A program made the translations under genes and the position numbers. The notes under the pieces are model-generated. The model searched no databases, was not told the origin of the DNA, and worked only from the letters and a program-made list of their open reading frames with translations. Of a stretch of DNA of 64,000 bases, positions 18,689-31,810 are shown one piece after another (the first letter of the stretch is position 1; each line of letters starts with the position of its first letter). Source of the stretch: Nitrospirota bacterium (GTDB taxonomy: Bacteria > Nitrospirota > Nitrospiria > Nitrospirales > Nitrospiraceae); assembly GCA_963703955.1 (NCBI GenBank), contig CAVPGK010000011.1:192001-256000 (forward strand), given 5' to 3'.

Positions 18689-20452
18689 ATGACCTGGGAC
18701 ACGATCATTAAATCGCGGCGGGACTGGGAGGTCGTTCCGAATCTCTATGACTATGAGAAGGTTCGAGCCGCCTACTCCTGGGATACAGCCCGCCGCGAGC
18801 TCGAAGGACTTCCTGAGGACCAGGGCCTCAATATCGCTCATGAAGCAGTCGACCGGCACGCAGGCGGTAGTCGGTGTGACCACTTGGCGATCCGCTGGCT
18901 TGGTAAACATGGAGAGGTCCGCGACTACACCTATGCCCAGCTCCGGGGTCTCACGAACCGGTTTGCAAACGTCCTGCAGACAGTCGGTGTCGGGAAAGGC
19001 GATCGAGTCTATGCGCTTACCGGGCGCATTCCGGAGCTCTATATCACCGCTCTCGGTACTTTCAAGAATCGGAGCGCCTTCTGTCCTCTCTTTTCAGCCT
19101 TTGGACCGGAGCCTATCCGAACGCGCCTGGCAATAGGTCAGGCGAAGGTCCTGGTGACGACGGAGTCGCTCTACCATCGGAAGGTTGTTGGACTCCGTTC
19201 AACGCTGCCGCACCTCCAACACATCCTCCTTATCGGGGATGATCACAAGCCAACCGATGTGCCTCATACTTTGGACTATCACCGATTGATGGTCGAAGCC
19301 AGTGATCAATTCGTGATCGGACGAACCGAACCCGAAGACATGGCGCTTCTCCACTTTACCAGCGGGACGACCGGGACTCCGAAGGGCGCAGTTCACGTTC
19401 ATGAGGCTGTTGTGGCTCACTACATCACTGGGAAGCTCGCCTTGGATTTACACAAGGAAGACATTTTTTGGTGCACGGCCGACCCAGGCTGGGTGACAGG
19501 CACGTCGTACGGCATCATCGCCCCGTTAACCAACGGCGTGACCAGTATCGTAGACGAGGCCGACTTCGACGCCGAACGTTGGTATCACATTTTGCAGGAC
19601 CAGAAGGTGTCGGTTTGGTACACCGCCCCCACGGCTATTCGCATGATGATGAAGGCCGGTACGAATCTGCTCCGTCAATACCAGTTTCCAACTCTTCGTT
19701 TTCTTGCCAGCGTGGGGGAACCGCTCAATCCAGAAGGCGTCATCTGGGGACAGCATGCCTTTGGCTTGCCGTTTCACGACAACTGGTGGCAGACCGAGAC
19801 GGGCGGGATCATGATTGCCAACTACACCGCCATGGACATTCGACCTGGCTCGATGGGCCGACCACTGCCGGGTATTGATGCAGCGATTGTGCAGAAGAAC
19901 AAAGAAGGGTGTCTTGAGGTGATCGACAAGCCCGACGTCCAAGGCGAGCTGGCCTTACGCCCGGGATGGCCTTCGATGTTCCGTGCCTATTGGAACGAGC
20001 CGGAACGTTACAGGAAATGCTTCGTCGAAGGGTGGTACCTGACCGGCGATCTCGCCAAGCGGGACACGGATGGCTACTTTTGGTTTGTGGGACGGGTGGA
20101 TGATGTCATCAAAACCTCCGGCCATTTGATTGGTCCGTTCGAGGTTGAGAGTGTCCTGATGGAACACAAGGCTGTGGCTGAGGCCGGGGTCATTGGCAAA
20201 CCCGACCCTGTCGCCATGGAGGTCGTCAAAGCCTTCGTTTCCCTCAAGGACGGCTACGAGCCGACCCACGCGCTTCAGCGCGAGCTGCTGGGTCTTGCGC
20301 GCGCTCGACTCGGCGCGGTGGTTGCGCCGAAAGAGATCGAGTTCCTCCCGACCTTGCCGAAAACACGGAGTGGAAAGATCATGCGTCGCCTGCTCAAGGC
20401 TCGAGAGCTTGGATTGCCCGAAGGGGATACCTCAACGCTGGAAGCCAGTTAG
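18689..20452 (+). CDS. acsA: Acetate--CoA ligase (AMP-forming)
   Basis: [40 protein letters not shown]. Confidence 0.95.
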   Translation: MTWDTIIKSRRDWEVVPNLYDYEKVRAAYSWDTARRELEGLPEDQGLNIAHEAVDRHAGGSRCDHLAIRWLGKHGEVRDYTYAQLRGLTNRFANVLQTVGVGKGDRVYALTGRIPELYITALGTFKNRSAFCPLFSAFGPEPIRTRLAIGQAKVLVTTESLYHRKVVGLRSTLPHLQHILLIGDDHKPTDVPHTLDYHRLMVEASDQFVIGRTEPEDMALLHFTSGTTGTPKGAVHVHEAVVAHYITGKLALDLHKEDIFWCTADPGWVTGTSYGIIAPLTNGVTSIVDEADFDAERWYHILQDQKVSVWYTAPTAIRMMMKAGTNLLRQYQFPTLRFLASVGEPLNPEGVIWGQHAFGLPFHDNWWQTETGGIMIANYTAMDIRPGSMGRPLPGIDAAIVQKNKEGCLEVIDKPDVQGELALRPGWPSMFRAYWNEPERYRKCFVEGWYLTGDLAKRDTDGYFWFVGRVDDVIKTSGHLIGPFEVESVLMEHKAVAEAGVIGKPDPVAMEVVKAFVSLKDGYEPTHALQRELLGLARARLGAVVAPKEIEFLPTLPKTRSGKIMRRLLKARELGLPEGDTSTLEAS

Positions 20453-20463
20453 GAGGTTGCGGC

Positions 20464-21435
20464 ATGGATATGGCGGTCGATCGCTTGCAAGCCCTCGAAT
20501 TCTTGCGCCAGATGTTGCGTGTCCGACGGTTCGAGGAGCAGTGCGCGGAGCTCTACAGCCTTGGAAAGATCCGTGGCTTTCTGCATCTCTATATCGGGGA
20601 GGAAGCGGTGGCAGTTGGGGCAATCCCATTGCTCACGGCAGACGACTCCATCGTCGCGACGTATCGTGAGCACGGGCACGCGCTCGTGCGCGGAACTTCC
20701 ATGGCCTCTTTGATGGCTGAACTCTATGGAAAGGCCAACGGCTGCGCCCGTGGTCGTGGCGGCTCCATGCACTTCTTCGATGCGTCGCGACGTTTCTACG
20801 GAGGGTTGGCCATCGTCGCTGGCGGGCTACCCGTCGCAGTCGGGCTCGCACTCGCCGACAAGTTGCAAGGTCGCCCCCGCGTCACGGCCTGTTTCTTTGG
20901 AGACGGCGCGGTCGCAGAGGGTGAGTTTCACGAGTCGCTCAACCTTGCAGCGCTCTGGAAACTCCCTGTGCTCTTTCTCTGCGAGAACAACCTCTATGCA
21001 ATGGGAACTGCGCTTGCGCGACACCAAGCGCAGACCGACATCGCCTTCAAGGCCAGAGGGTATAACCTGCCGGCGGAACCGGTCGACGGGATGGACGTCC
21101 TCGCTGTCTCGGCGGCCACGCGACAGGCCGTCGATGTCGTGCGCCGTGGAGAAGGACCATACCTCCTGGAGTTTCGAACCTATCGGTTTCGGGCTCACTC
21201 CATGTATGATTCCGAACTGTATCGAAGCAAAGAAGAAGTTGAACAGTGGAAGGAACGCGATCCCATCGTGGCCTTCGAGGGGATCCTGAGGGAATGGAAA
21301 TGCCTCACTTCCGATGATCTCGCCAAGATGGAAGAGGGCATCGAGGCTGAGATCGAGGAGGCCATCGCTTTTGCCGAAGCCAGTCCCTGGGAGCCGGTCG
21401 AAGATCTCCTGAAAGATGTGTCGACACCGAATTAG
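20464..21435 (+). CDS. pdhA: Pyruvate dehydrogenase-like E1 alpha
   Basis: [21 protein letters not shown] motif GDGA...[10 protein letters not shown]. Confidence 0.92.
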   Translation: MDMAVDRLQALEFLRQMLRVRRFEEQCAELYSLGKIRGFLHLYIGEEAVAVGAIPLLTADDSIVATYREHGHALVRGTSMASLMAELYGKANGCARGRGGSMHFFDASRRFYGGLAIVAGGLPVAVGLALADKLQGRPRVTACFFGDGAVAEGEFHESLNLAALWKLPVLFLCENNLYAMGTALARHQAQTDIAFKARGYNLPAEPVDGMDVLAVSAATRQAVDVVRRGEGPYLLEFRTYRFRAHSMYDSELYRSKEEVEQWKERDPIVAFEGILREWKCLTSDDLAKMEEGIEAEIEEAIAFAEASPWEPVEDLLKDVSTPN

Positions 21436-21445
21436 GCGGTAGCCC

Positions 21446-21949
21446 TTGCAGAAGCTGGCAGGTGGCGACCGACGTTCAATCGGGCGGGCGAATGAAGTCG
21501 TCGCCGATGTACTCAAGAACCCCTCGCGTTTCGAGGAGGTTATGGCAGGGTTGCTGGAGGGTAAAGACCCGCGTGTGCGCCTCCGGGCCGCGGACGCAAT
21601 CGAAAAGATCACCGCCAGGCATCCAGAATATCTCGGTCCGTTCACGCGCAGACTGATCGCACTCGCGGCGCGCGCCGCGGCTCCGGAGATCCGCTGGCAT
21701 CTCGCGCAAATGCTCCCACGGCTGGAGCTGAGTCGAGACAACCGGGGCCGGGTGGTGAAGACGCTGCTTGCTTATCTCAAGGATGAGAGCCGGATCGTCC
21801 GGACCTTCGCCATGCAGGCGCTGGCCGATCTTGCGGAAGGTGATCGGCGGCTGCGTCCCTACGCGGCGAAGCTCATTAAGCGTTTGACGACAACTGGAAG
21901 CCCAGCCGTGCAGAGCCGAGGGCGCAAGCTCCTGGAACGATTGGCATGA
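21446..21949 (+). CDS. HEAT-repeat-like hypothetical protein
   Basis: Repeats such as [22 protein letters not shown] and [12 protein letters not shown]; stop overlaps the pdhB start (ATGA); TTG start uncertain. Confidence 0.75.
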   Translation: MQKLAGGDRRSIGRANEVVADVLKNPSRFEEVMAGLLEGKDPRVRLRAADAIEKITARHPEYLGPFTRRLIALAARAAAPEIRWHLAQMLPRLELSRDNRGRVVKTLLAYLKDESRIVRTFAMQALADLAEGDRRLRPYAAKLIKRLTTTGSPAVQSRGRKLLERLA

Positions 21950-22923
21950 AGAAGATCACCTATCGCGAAGCGGTGCGGGCCGGGTTGCGCGAAGCGTTGC
22001 AAAGCGACCCGCGTGTTTTTCTCATGGGAGAGGACGTGGGACGCTACGGTGGCACGTATGCCTGCAGCAAGGGACTCCTGGAGGAATTCGGACCTGAGCG
22101 AATTCGCGACACCCCGCTTTCGGAGTCCACCTTCGTAGGCGCCGGCATTGGAGCAGCGCTCAACGGCATGAAGCCGATCGTTGAAGTCATGACCGTCAAC
22201 TTCAGCCTGCTGGCCCTCGATCAGATTGTCAACAACGCAGCCACGATCCGGCACATGTCCGGGGGACAGTACAGCATTCCCCTCATCGTGCGCATGGCCA
22301 CGGGCGCCGGCCGACAGGTCGCGGCCCAGCACTCGCACAGCCTGGAAGGCTGGTATGCCCATATTCCAGGCATCACAGTGCTGACACCGGCGACGGTGAC
22401 CGACGCAAGAGGCATGCTGCTCACAGCGCTCCGCGAGCCGGACCCGGTGTTTATTTTCGAGCATGCCTACCTCTATGCGATGGAAGGCGAGCTGGAGGAA
22501 AATACCGGCCCGGTGGACATCTCGAAGGCCGCTGTGCGAAGGTCAGGGCATGATGTCACCGTCATCACCTATGGTGGCTCATTGCGGAAAGCCCTGGAGG
22601 CTGCGGAGCGTTTGGCCGGTGATGGAGTCGATGCCGAGGTCATCGACCTGCGCGTGCTTCGCCCTCTCGACACGCCGACCATTCTGGCATCGGTGAAAAA
22701 GACGCACCGCGCCCTCATCGTGGACGAAGCTTGGCGTACCGGCAGTTTTGCAGCGGAGGTCAGCGCACAGATTATGGAGGGCGCGTTCTATGACCTCGAC
22801 GCACCGGTGGGCCGTGTCTGCAGCGCCGAGGTACCCATTCCCTATCCAAAACACCTGGAAGACGCCGCGCTTCCTCAGGCGCACACCATCGCTAACGCCG
22901 TCCAGGAGATGTGCCGTGGCTGA
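21946..22923 (+). CDS. pdhB: Pyruvate dehydrogenase-like E1 beta
   Basis: [36 protein letters not shown]. Confidence 0.92.
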   Translation: MKKITYREAVRAGLREALQSDPRVFLMGEDVGRYGGTYACSKGLLEEFGPERIRDTPLSESTFVGAGIGAALNGMKPIVEVMTVNFSLLALDQIVNNAATIRHMSGGQYSIPLIVRMATGAGRQVAAQHSHSLEGWYAHIPGITVLTPATVTDARGMLLTALREPDPVFIFEHAYLYAMEGELEENTGPVDISKAAVRRSGHDVTVITYGGSLRKALEAAERLAGDGVDAEVIDLRVLRPLDTPTILASVKKTHRALIVDEAWRTGSFAAEVSAQIMEGAFYDLDAPVGRVCSAEVPIPYPKHLEDAALPQAHTIANAVQEMCRG

Positions 22924-24115
22924 GTTCCTCATGCCCACGCTCGGAGCGGACATGAGCGCCGGGACGCTCGTTGCCTGGCACAAGAAGGTCGGCGATCGTG
23001 TCACGCGCGGCGAGATCATTGCCGAGGTCGATACCGACAAGGCGGCGATTGACGTCGAGGTATTCACGACCGGCGTCATTGAGAAAATCATGGTACAGCC
23101 AGGGGAAAAGGTGCCGGTGGGAACGGCCCTCGCGATCATCCGCGAAGAAGGCAAGCCAACTGCAGCGACTCCGCAGACCGCACCGCCTCCAAAAGCTCCC
23201 CTCACCACTTCACCGGCAACGGTCACTCCTTCCTCGGTCCCTGTCCCACCGCAGGCGCAGCCCTCGGTTGAAGTCGGCCGCCTCCGCATTTCTCCGTCCG
23301 CGAAGCAACTGGCGGTAGAGCTGGGAATAGTTCCAGTCACGGTCCTAGGCACCGGTCCAGGCGGCGCGATCACGCGAGAGGATATTCAACGGGCCGCAAC
23401 TGCAAAGCTCGCCGCTGCGGCCCCATCACAGCCCGAGACAATCGGCGACCGGCAGACACGAATGCGACAGGCCATCGCAGCAGCGATGACTCGTTCGAAA
23501 CGAGAAATCCCTCACTACTATCTGAGTACAACCATCGACATGAGTCGAGCCATGACCTGGCTGGCTCAAGAAAACCTCACACGAAGCGTCGCAGACCGCC
23601 TGCTCTATGGGGTCTTGCTGATCAAGGCTGTTGCATTGGCTCTGAGGGAGGTTCCGGAACTGAATACGCTGTGGAAAGATGGGCAAGCGGTCCAGAGTCA
23701 AGCAATTCACGTCGGCGTCGCGATCTCGCTCCGCCAAGGCGGCTTGGTGGCTCCCGCTCTGCACAACACGGACCAACTGAGCCGGGATGAGCTGATGGGA
23801 AACCTAATGGATCTCGTGAAACGGGCGCGCGCAGGGTCCTTGCGCAGCTCGGAACTCTCCGACCCTACCATTACGGTGACCAACCTCGGCGAACAGGGAG
23901 TGGAGACCGTGTTTGGGGTCATCTACCCGCCACAAGTTGCCCTGGTGGGATTCGGCAAGGTGGTGGAACGGCCCTGGGTGGTGGAGAAGCAAGTGGTCTC
24001 CAGGCCGCTCATCACCGCGACGCTCTCGGCTGATCACCGAGTCACCGATGGACATCGCGGCGGCCTCTTCCTCGCAGCGGTGGACCGGCTGATACAGGAA
24101 CCGGCGCGCCTATGA
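22916..24115 (+). CDS. pdhC: Dihydrolipoamide acyltransferase E2
   Basis: GTG start; lipoyl domain EVDTDKA, E3-binding-like GTGPGGAIT, catalytic DHRVTDG. Confidence 0.92.
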   Translation: MAEFLMPTLGADMSAGTLVAWHKKVGDRVTRGEIIAEVDTDKAAIDVEVFTTGVIEKIMVQPGEKVPVGTALAIIREEGKPTAATPQTAPPPKAPLTTSPATVTPSSVPVPPQAQPSVEVGRLRISPSAKQLAVELGIVPVTVLGTGPGGAITREDIQRAATAKLAAAAPSQPETIGDRQTRMRQAIAAAMTRSKREIPHYYLSTTIDMSRAMTWLAQENLTRSVADRLLYGVLLIKAVALALREVPELNTLWKDGQAVQSQAIHVGVAISLRQGGLVAPALHNTDQLSRDELMGNLMDLVKRARAGSLRSSELSDPTITVTNLGEQGVETVFGVIYPPQVALVGFGKVVERPWVVEKQVVSRPLITATLSADHRVTDGHRGGLFLAAVDRLIQEPARL

Positions 24116-24396
24116 CTTCCAAACTCAAGGCTGGGGAGATTCGACAGGTGGTCCTGCGCATCCTGGGTGAGGTCGCGCCGGAAGCCGATCTCTCATCTCT
24201 CAAGCCGGATGTCAATTTTCGCGAACAGTTGGACATCGACTCGATGGATTTCCTCAATTTCGTGATCGCCTTGCACGAGTCGCTGCTCGTCGATATTCCC
24301 GAGGCGGAGTATCCGAAGCTCGCCACCCTCAACGGCTGCATTGAGTACTTTCTGGCGCTTGCTGAGGGCCACGAGGCAGGAGCAACTGGCCCATGA
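24112..24396 (+). CDS. Acyl carrier protein
   Basis: 94 aa, acidic, phosphopantetheine site [13 protein letters not shown] overlap with E2. Confidence 0.88.
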   Translation: MTSKLKAGEIRQVVLRILGEVAPEADLSSLKPDVNFREQLDIDSMDFLNFVIALHESLLVDIPEAEYPKLATLNGCIEYFLALAEGHEAGATGP

Positions 24397-26279
24397 TGGG
24401 CGAGCGACAGAGTCCTGCGGACAAAGCGGAGCACCGAAACATGGCGCTCATGCAACAGCTTCGCACCCTGTACGAAGAGATCGTTGAGCGGGCCAGCCAT
24501 GCCCGACTGGCCTTCCCTTGTTCCAGCAAAGAGGCCGAATGGAGCCGTGACAACCTGCTCTCGTATCTCGTCTTGCGAGAGCACGATCTGTCAGACCTGC
24601 AGGTAGAACTGGCCGAGCAGGGGCTCTCTTCGCTTGGCCGGCTTGAGGGCTGCGTGCTCGGCAGCCTCACAGGGGTCCTGCGCCATCTCGGCGCCCTGCC
24701 GCCGGATTCCGGCCTGGCTGCGCCGGACTTTGCGCAGGCCCGATCGCTTCTTGCGCAGCGAAGCCGGGCGCTCCTGGGTCGCCCTCGTGAGGGACGCGGC
24801 ACCCGGATCATGGTCACGCTTGATGCCGATACCATTCACCAGCCCGACCTCCTGGAACAGTTGCTTGTGAAGGGCATGGATATCGCCCGCATCAATTGCG
24901 CGCACGATACGTCTTGCGAGTGGGAGAGGATCATTGATGCCATCCGCCACGCCGAGGAGCGCCTCACTCGGGGAGGACAGGACATCGGTCGGCGCTGCCG
25001 GATCCTGATGGACTTGGCCGGTCCCAAGGTTCGGACCGGCCCTCTGACACTCCAGACACGCCCGCTGAAGCTCTCCGTGCCGAAGGATGCTCGTGGGAGG
25101 CCCAGCCGCGTCCTGGAAGGATACCTAGACAGTGATGCATCTGAAACTCACCTGATCCGTCCTCCTGGTGAACCGCCTAAGTTCGTCATCGCCCTGCCGC
25201 GCCAGTCCGGCCTTGCCAGCTTGTCGCTGGGTGAGGAGATCCGGCTTGTGGATACCCGCGACCGCACGCGTATCATGCGCGTGATCGAGCGTACGAGTCC
25301 TGTGCTGGTTCGCGTCAGCCTGGAGCGGACGGCCTATTTGCAGGAGGGCATGGAACTGCGCGCCGCGTACGGCAAGGTATTTAGCGTCGGCCCAGTCAGC
25401 CCGCAGCCGGTGGATGTGCGGATGAAGGCCGGAGACCTACTGCATCTCTACCGCGATCCACAACGGCTAGGCCATTGCGCACAAGGAAAGAACCCTGCAG
25501 GGATCAGTTGCACCCTGCCGCAGGTGCTCGACTATGTCCGTCCCGGCCACCGCGTATTCATTGACGACGGCAAGATCGCGGCGCTGGTCCGGGCCGCTCA
25601 GGATGAGTACTTGGAGCTAGAAATCACGGCCCCTCAGGGTATTCCGATTCGTCTGAGGTCTGAAAAGGGTTTGAATTTTCCTGACTCGACGATAGAGCTC
25701 CCGGCCCTGACTCCTCAGGATCGACAGGACCTGCTGTTCGTCGTCAAGCACGCCAACGCGGTCGGCCTGTCCTTCGTGCATCGTCCCGCGGATCTCGACG
25801 ATCTTCGTGCGGCCCTGGAAGAGTTGGGCCACCCCGACCTTGGCATCGTGGTGAAGATCGAGACCAGGGAGGCGATCCACCGGCTGGCTCAGTTCCTGCT
25901 CGCCGGGCTGGCTCTCCCTAAGCTCGGGGTCATGATCGCCCGTGGGGATCTGGCGGTCGAAGTAGGGTTTGAAAATCTGTCTCTGGTACAGGAAGACATC
26001 CTGTGTCTTTGCGAAGCCGCGCACGTTCCCGTGATCTGGGCGACCCAGGTGCTTGAAACCCTGGCCAAGCGCGGGATGCCCGCCCGCGCCGAGATCACGG
26101 ATGCGGCGATGGGGCAGCGGGCGGAATGTGTGATGCTGAACAAGGGCGAACACGTGATCGAGGCGGTCAAGACACTGGCCGAACTGTTGAGCTCGGAAGA
26201 GCGGCACCGCATCAAGAAGCGACAGGTCTTCAGGGATATCACGGTTCAACACGGCGTATTCGTCACGAACGGCCACTGA
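24393..26279 (+). CDS. pyk: Pyruvate kinase (atypical long form)
   Basis: ARINCAH, MDLAGPKVRTG, FIDDGK, KGLNFP, VKIET, MIARGDLAVE, ATQVLE, P.RAEITD. Confidence 0.9.
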   Translation: MMGERQSPADKAEHRNMALMQQLRTLYEEIVERASHARLAFPCSSKEAEWSRDNLLSYLVLREHDLSDLQVELAEQGLSSLGRLEGCVLGSLTGVLRHLGALPPDSGLAAPDFAQARSLLAQRSRALLGRPREGRGTRIMVTLDADTIHQPDLLEQLLVKGMDIARINCAHDTSCEWERIIDAIRHAEERLTRGGQDIGRRCRILMDLAGPKVRTGPLTLQTRPLKLSVPKDARGRPSRVLEGYLDSDASETHLIRPPGEPPKFVIALPRQSGLASLSLGEEIRLVDTRDRTRIMRVIERTSPVLVRVSLERTAYLQEGMELRAAYGKVFSVGPVSPQPVDVRMKAGDLLHLYRDPQRLGHCAQGKNPAGISCTLPQVLDYVRPGHRVFIDDGKIAALVRAAQDEYLELEITAPQGIPIRLRSEKGLNFPDSTIELPALTPQDRQDLLFVVKHANAVGLSFVHRPADLDDLRAALEELGHPDLGIVVKIETREAIHRLAQFLLAGLALPKLGVMIARGDLAVEVGFENLSLVQEDILCLCEAAHVPVIWATQVLETLAKRGMPARAEITDAAMGQRAECVMLNKGEHVIEAVKTLAELLSSEERHRIKKRQVFRDITVQHGVFVTNGH

Positions 26280-26350
26280 GTGGCACCACGCGAGCGACAG
26301 GCCGTGTATCGAACGAGGAGAGAGGAGCGATGCGCAAGACTTTGTTCTTC

Positions 26351-26407
26351 GCGATCCCTAAGGCCGACGATCCCAAATTCGCCACTCTAAACGGATGCGT
26401 TGAGTAG
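26351..26407 (+). pseudogene. Remnant of an ACP gene 3' end
   Basis: AIPKADDPKFATLNGCVE* aligns with [19 protein letters not shown] of the ACP at about 24292-24348. Confidence 0.75.
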
Positions 26408-26425
26408 ATCTTCCTCCATCCGTAG

Positions 26426-27871
<1,446 letters not shown>

Positions 27872-27873
27872 GG

Positions 27874-28284
27874 GTGAAATCCTTTGTCCTGCACTTACAA
27901 GATGCCATGCACTATGAGCGCATCGAAGGGGTGACCACTTTTGTAGGAGAGGATGATTCAGGCAGTTTCGGAATCCTGGCGGAGCATGGGCGCATGATGA
28001 CCTCCCTTGTGTTTGGTCTGGCACGCTTCCGCATAACGGATGCCCCCTGGGAATACCTGGCGCTGCCGGGAGCCTTGCTGTATTTCGTCGACAATGAACT
28101 TTCGATCAGCACCCGCCGGTATCTCCGCGATAGCGACTACAGCCGTATCAGCCTAGCATTAGACGAACAACTCCTCGCTGAGGAAGCCACTCTTCGCGGC
28201 ATTAAAGAAAGTTTGCGGCGTCTGGAAGAGGGGATGTTTAAACGGTTGAGGAAACTTGAGCGTGGAGGAGACGCAGGACTGTGA
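27874..28284 (+). CDS. atpC: ATPase epsilon subunit
   Basis: GEDDSGSFGILAEH; directly after atpD; GTG start. Confidence 0.88.
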   Translation: MKSFVLHLQDAMHYERIEGVTTFVGEDDSGSFGILAEHGRMMTSLVFGLARFRITDAPWEYLALPGALLYFVDNELSISTRRYLRDSDYSRISLALDEQLLAEEATLRGIKESLRRLEEGMFKRLRKLERGGDAGL

Positions 28285-28550
28285 AGAACCATCAGGCACT
28301 CAAAGAGCAGGTGGCTAAGCAGGTTGCGCGGATGAAGCAAGCGGAAAAAGACCGCCCGACCCTGCTCGCACAAACTGCATATATCGGGACACTCGGTCTG
28401 CTGTTTGTCTTACCCGTTATCGCCGGGGCGTATTTTGGGGACTGGCTGGACAGCCAGTTTGAAGGTTATTCCGTCCTATGGACCATGAGCATGATCTTTC
28501 TTGGTGTGATCGTCGGGGCGGTGAATGTGTACCTTTTTATAGGGGAATAG
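28281..28550 (+). CDS. AtpZ/AtpI family (AtpQ-like) membrane protein
   Basis: Two TM helices, G.LG...PVIAGAY.G.WLD motif, position in the operon. Confidence 0.85.
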   Translation: MKNHQALKEQVAKQVARMKQAEKDRPTLLAQTAYIGTLGLLFVLPVIAGAYFGDWLDSQFEGYSVLWTMSMIFLGVIVGAVNVYLFIGE

Positions 28551-28553
28551 CAG

Positions 28554-29243
28554 ATGGGGCAAGCGATCACTAGTAACACAATCGTGTTCCATATCGGACC
28601 GATCAGCGTCACACAGGCCGTGATCACGACGTGGGGCATCATGCTGATATTGGGTCTCCTCTGCTGGGGAATGACACGGCGTTTACGCCTTCACCCGGGC
28701 CCGATACAGGTAGTCATTGAAGGCATTGTGGCCACTATCGACGACGGTATTCAGGCTGTGTTGCCTGAGCAGTCACTCCAGGTATTACCGTTCATCGCCA
28801 CTCTATGGATTTTTATTGTGACTGCTAACCTCAGCGGTCTGATCCCCGGTGTCGAGACCCCGACTGCGAATCTGTCGGTGACCGCAGCCTTGGCCATCTT
28901 GGTGTTTCTATCGGTCCACTGGTTTGGCGTTCGCGCGCATGGCCTCAAGAATTACTTGCGTCATTACCTGACTCCGAGTCCGATCCTGTTCCCTTTTCAC
29001 ATTATCAGCGAAGTCACACGCACGCTCGCGCTGGCCATCCGCTTGTTCGGCAACATGATGAGCCTGGAAATGGCGGCTCTTTTGGTCCTGCTTGTGGCCG
29101 GCTTCCTGGCGCCGATTCCTCTGTTGATGTTGCATATCATCGAGGCCCTGGTCCAGGCATATATCTTCGGCATGCTGGCGCTGATCTACATTGCCGGCGC
29201 CATCCAGTCACAACAAGTCAAGCGACAACAGGAGCAGGGATGA
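28554..29243 (+). CDS. atpB: Fo subunit a
   Basis: PTANLSVT; essential Arg in TLALAIRLFGNM; QAYIF. Confidence 0.95.
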   Translation: MGQAITSNTIVFHIGPISVTQAVITTWGIMLILGLLCWGMTRRLRLHPGPIQVVIEGIVATIDDGIQAVLPEQSLQVLPFIATLWIFIVTANLSGLIPGVETPTANLSVTAALAILVFLSVHWFGVRAHGLKNYLRHYLTPSPILFPFHIISEVTRTLALAIRLFGNMMSLEMAALLVLLVAGFLAPIPLLMLHIIEALVQAYIFGMLALIYIAGAIQSQQVKRQQEQG

Positions 29244-29246
29244 CTT

Positions 29247-29513
29247 ATGCGCGACATGACTTGGTTCGCCCTCGCCTCTACTGTGTTTGCCGCAGTGGCC
29301 ATCGCCGTCGGGACCATGTTTCCGGCTATGGCCATGGGACGTGCCATCAGCCAGGCCCTTGAAGCCTTGGCGCGGCAGCCTGAAGCAGAGAGGTCTATCA
29401 CCCGTACCTTATTCATCGGCCTGGCCATGATCGAATCCCTGGCCATTTACTGTTTGGTGATCGCGCTGATCATTCTGTTTAGAAACCCGCTGCTCGAGTA
29501 TCTATTGAAATAG
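29247..29513 (+). CDS. atpE: Fo subunit c
   Basis: ARQPEA loop, [11 protein letters not shown]. Confidence 0.95.
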   Translation: MRDMTWFALASTVFAAVAIAVGTMFPAMAMGRAISQALEALARQPEAERSITRTLFIGLAMIESLAIYCLVIALIILFRNPLLEYLLK

Positions 29514-29583
29514 AAGGAGCCCGACGAGCGGAACGAACGATAGTTCAACCCTGATTGCTGCGCGCGATCTAAACGGATGACTC

Positions 29584-30333
29584 ATGGAGCTCAACTGGTC
29601 AACATTTATTCTTGAGATCATCAACTTCCTCGTCCTCATCTGGATCCTGACCCGCTTTCTCTACAAACCAATTCTGAATTCGATCAGGGAACGCAAGGCG
29701 AATATTGAGAAGGCCGTGTCCGCCGCCGAGCAAATTCGAACCGACGCGGAGGTCCTTCGCAAACAACAGCAAGCTCGCCTCGCTGAGTGGGAACGGGAGA
29801 AAGAACAAGCGAAGTCCCAGTTACTCGAGGACATCAATGCCGAACGCACCAGGCTCATGTCACTGCTTCGCACCTCGCTCGAGGAGGAGCGTGAAAAGGC
29901 CAGAGCACTGGTAGAACGTCGCGTGAAAGAGGCCCTCCAGAGGGCCGAAGAAACCGCCATCGTTCAGAGTGGCCAATTCGTCACCGGATTACTGGCACGA
30001 CTGGCTGGTCCTCAGCTCGAAGCACTCATCATTGACCTGTTTCTTCAAGATCTCCAGAAGCTCCCTGCTGAAAAACTCCAGGCTATACAAACGGGCTTGT
30101 CTGGGACGGAAAGCCCGATTAGGGTGACCAGTGCCTATCCACTCACCACTAGCCTGCGCGAATCATTGTCAGGAGCGCTCCAAAAACCCGTCGGAGAACG
30201 AAGACCCTGTGAGTTTCTGGAAGACTACCGTCTTATGGCTGGCCTGCGTGTGAGCATCGGTTCCTGGATGTTGCGTGCAAACCTCCAAGATGAATTGAAA
30301 TTCTTTACCGAGGTTGGACTCCATGGCGACTAA
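29584..30333 (+). CDS. atpF: Fo subunit b fused to a delta-like domain
   Basis: W.TF..EIINF..L.WIL..FLYKP, coiled coil, C-terminal VTSAYPL...LMAGLRV. Confidence 0.9.
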   Translation: MELNWSTFILEIINFLVLIWILTRFLYKPILNSIRERKANIEKAVSAAEQIRTDAEVLRKQQQARLAEWEREKEQAKSQLLEDINAERTRLMSLLRTSLEEEREKARALVERRVKEALQRAEETAIVQSGQFVTGLLARLAGPQLEALIIDLFLQDLQKLPAEKLQAIQTGLSGTESPIRVTSAYPLTTSLRESLSGALQKPVGERRPCEFLEDYRLMAGLRVSIGSWMLRANLQDELKFFTEVGLHGD

Positions 30334-31810
30334 AGAGAGGCGCGAGGATTCTGGCCTGGTTCGCCGAGCTGCTTGGCTTCATGGGTATCGGTTTGGACTC
30401 CGTATGTCTGAACAGGGAAGCGTACTGTCTGTGGGAGATGGGATTGTCTGGATCAAGGGTCTGCCATCCGCTGCGATGGATGAGATTCTGTATCTTGAAG
30501 ATGGAAGCCGGGCGTTAGTGTTTCACCTGGCAAAAGGCAAGCTCGGTGGAATTCTCCTCCACCAAACTGACGCCTTAACAGCGGGCACAGTCGTCCATCA
30601 TTCCGGTCAATATCTCAGCATTCCAGTGGGAGATGCCTTGCTCGGCCGTGTGATCAACCCGCTTGGCACACCACTGGATGGACTTGCCGCACCGGAATGT
30701 GCCGATCGACGGGACCTCAACATTCTCTCGCCACCTGTTGTGATGCGCGATTTCGTCCATAAGCCTTTGTACACAGGGATCAAGGTCATTGACACGTTGA
30801 TTCCCATTGGGAAGGGGCAGCGAGAGTTGATCATCGGTGACAATGGCACAGGAAAAAGTTCCCTAGCCATTGACACCGTGATCAACCAGCGAGGGAAGGG
30901 TGTCTGGTGTATCTACATCATGATCGGCCAAAAACGCTCGACCGTGGTCAACACCATTGAAACGCTGCGCGACCATGGCGCGATGGACTATTCGACGGTG
31001 GTGGTCGCGGAGGCCACTAACCTACCCGGCCTCAAGTACCTCGCTCCCTTTGCCGGGTGCGCCGTGGCCGAAGAATGGATGTGGCGAGGCAAGGATACGC
31101 TGGTGGTGTATGACGATCTCACCACACATGCGCAAGCCTACCGGGAACTGTCTTTGTTGTTGCGGCGCCCCCCTGGCCGGGAAGCCTACCCCGGGGACAT
31201 CTTTTTTCTGCATTCACGTTTGCTTGAGCGATCAACTTGTCTGGCACCAGCCTACGGCGGCGGCAGCATGACTGCCTTACCCATTGTAGAGACGAGTGAA
31301 GGTGAAATTGCTGCGTACATTCCCACCAATCTGATTTCGATCACCGATGGTCAGATCTACCTGGATCGTCACCTGTTTGCCGCTGGCTTTCTCCCTGCCA
31401 TTGATGTGACCAAGTCGGTGTCGCGCGTTGGCGGAAAAGGCCAGCACCCTCGCATCAAGGAAAGGGCCGGCCGCATGAAGCTGGACTACCTGCAGTTTCT
31501 AGAACTGGAGGTGTTTACCCGCTTTGGTTCGCGTCTGGAGGCCTCGATGGAGGCGAAGATCGGGCGTGGCCGAGTTCTGCGGGAGATTCTCAAGCAGGAG
31601 CGGCTCTCTCCGCTGCCAATCGAGTTCCAGATGGCCTGGCTCGAGGGGTTCAACGAGGGCCTCTTCGACAAAGTGCAGATAGACCAAATCCCCGCCCTGC
31701 TTGATCAACTGGCTATCCATATAAAAGACAGTTCGCTCACCCTTGAAGCGAGTCATGAACAGTGGGCGCAGATCGTGTCTATGTGGCTCAAGGAAAGACC
31801 CGCAGCATGA
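30323..31810 (+). CDS. atpA: F1 alpha subunit
   Basis: [41 protein letters not shown]. Confidence 0.95.
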   Translation: MATKERREDSGLVRRAAWLHGYRFGLRMSEQGSVLSVGDGIVWIKGLPSAAMDEILYLEDGSRALVFHLAKGKLGGILLHQTDALTAGTVVHHSGQYLSIPVGDALLGRVINPLGTPLDGLAAPECADRRDLNILSPPVVMRDFVHKPLYTGIKVIDTLIPIGKGQRELIIGDNGTGKSSLAIDTVINQRGKGVWCIYIMIGQKRSTVVNTIETLRDHGAMDYSTVVVAEATNLPGLKYLAPFAGCAVAEEWMWRGKDTLVVYDDLTTHAQAYRELSLLLRRPPGREAYPGDIFFLHSRLLERSTCLAPAYGGGSMTALPIVETSEGEIAAYIPTNLISITDGQIYLDRHLFAAGFLPAIDVTKSVSRVGGKGQHPRIKERAGRMKLDYLQFLELEVFTRFGSRLEASMEAKIGRGRVLREILKQERLSPLPIEFQMAWLEGFNEGLFDKVQIDQIPALLDQLAIHIKDSSLTLEASHEQWAQIVSMWLKERPAA

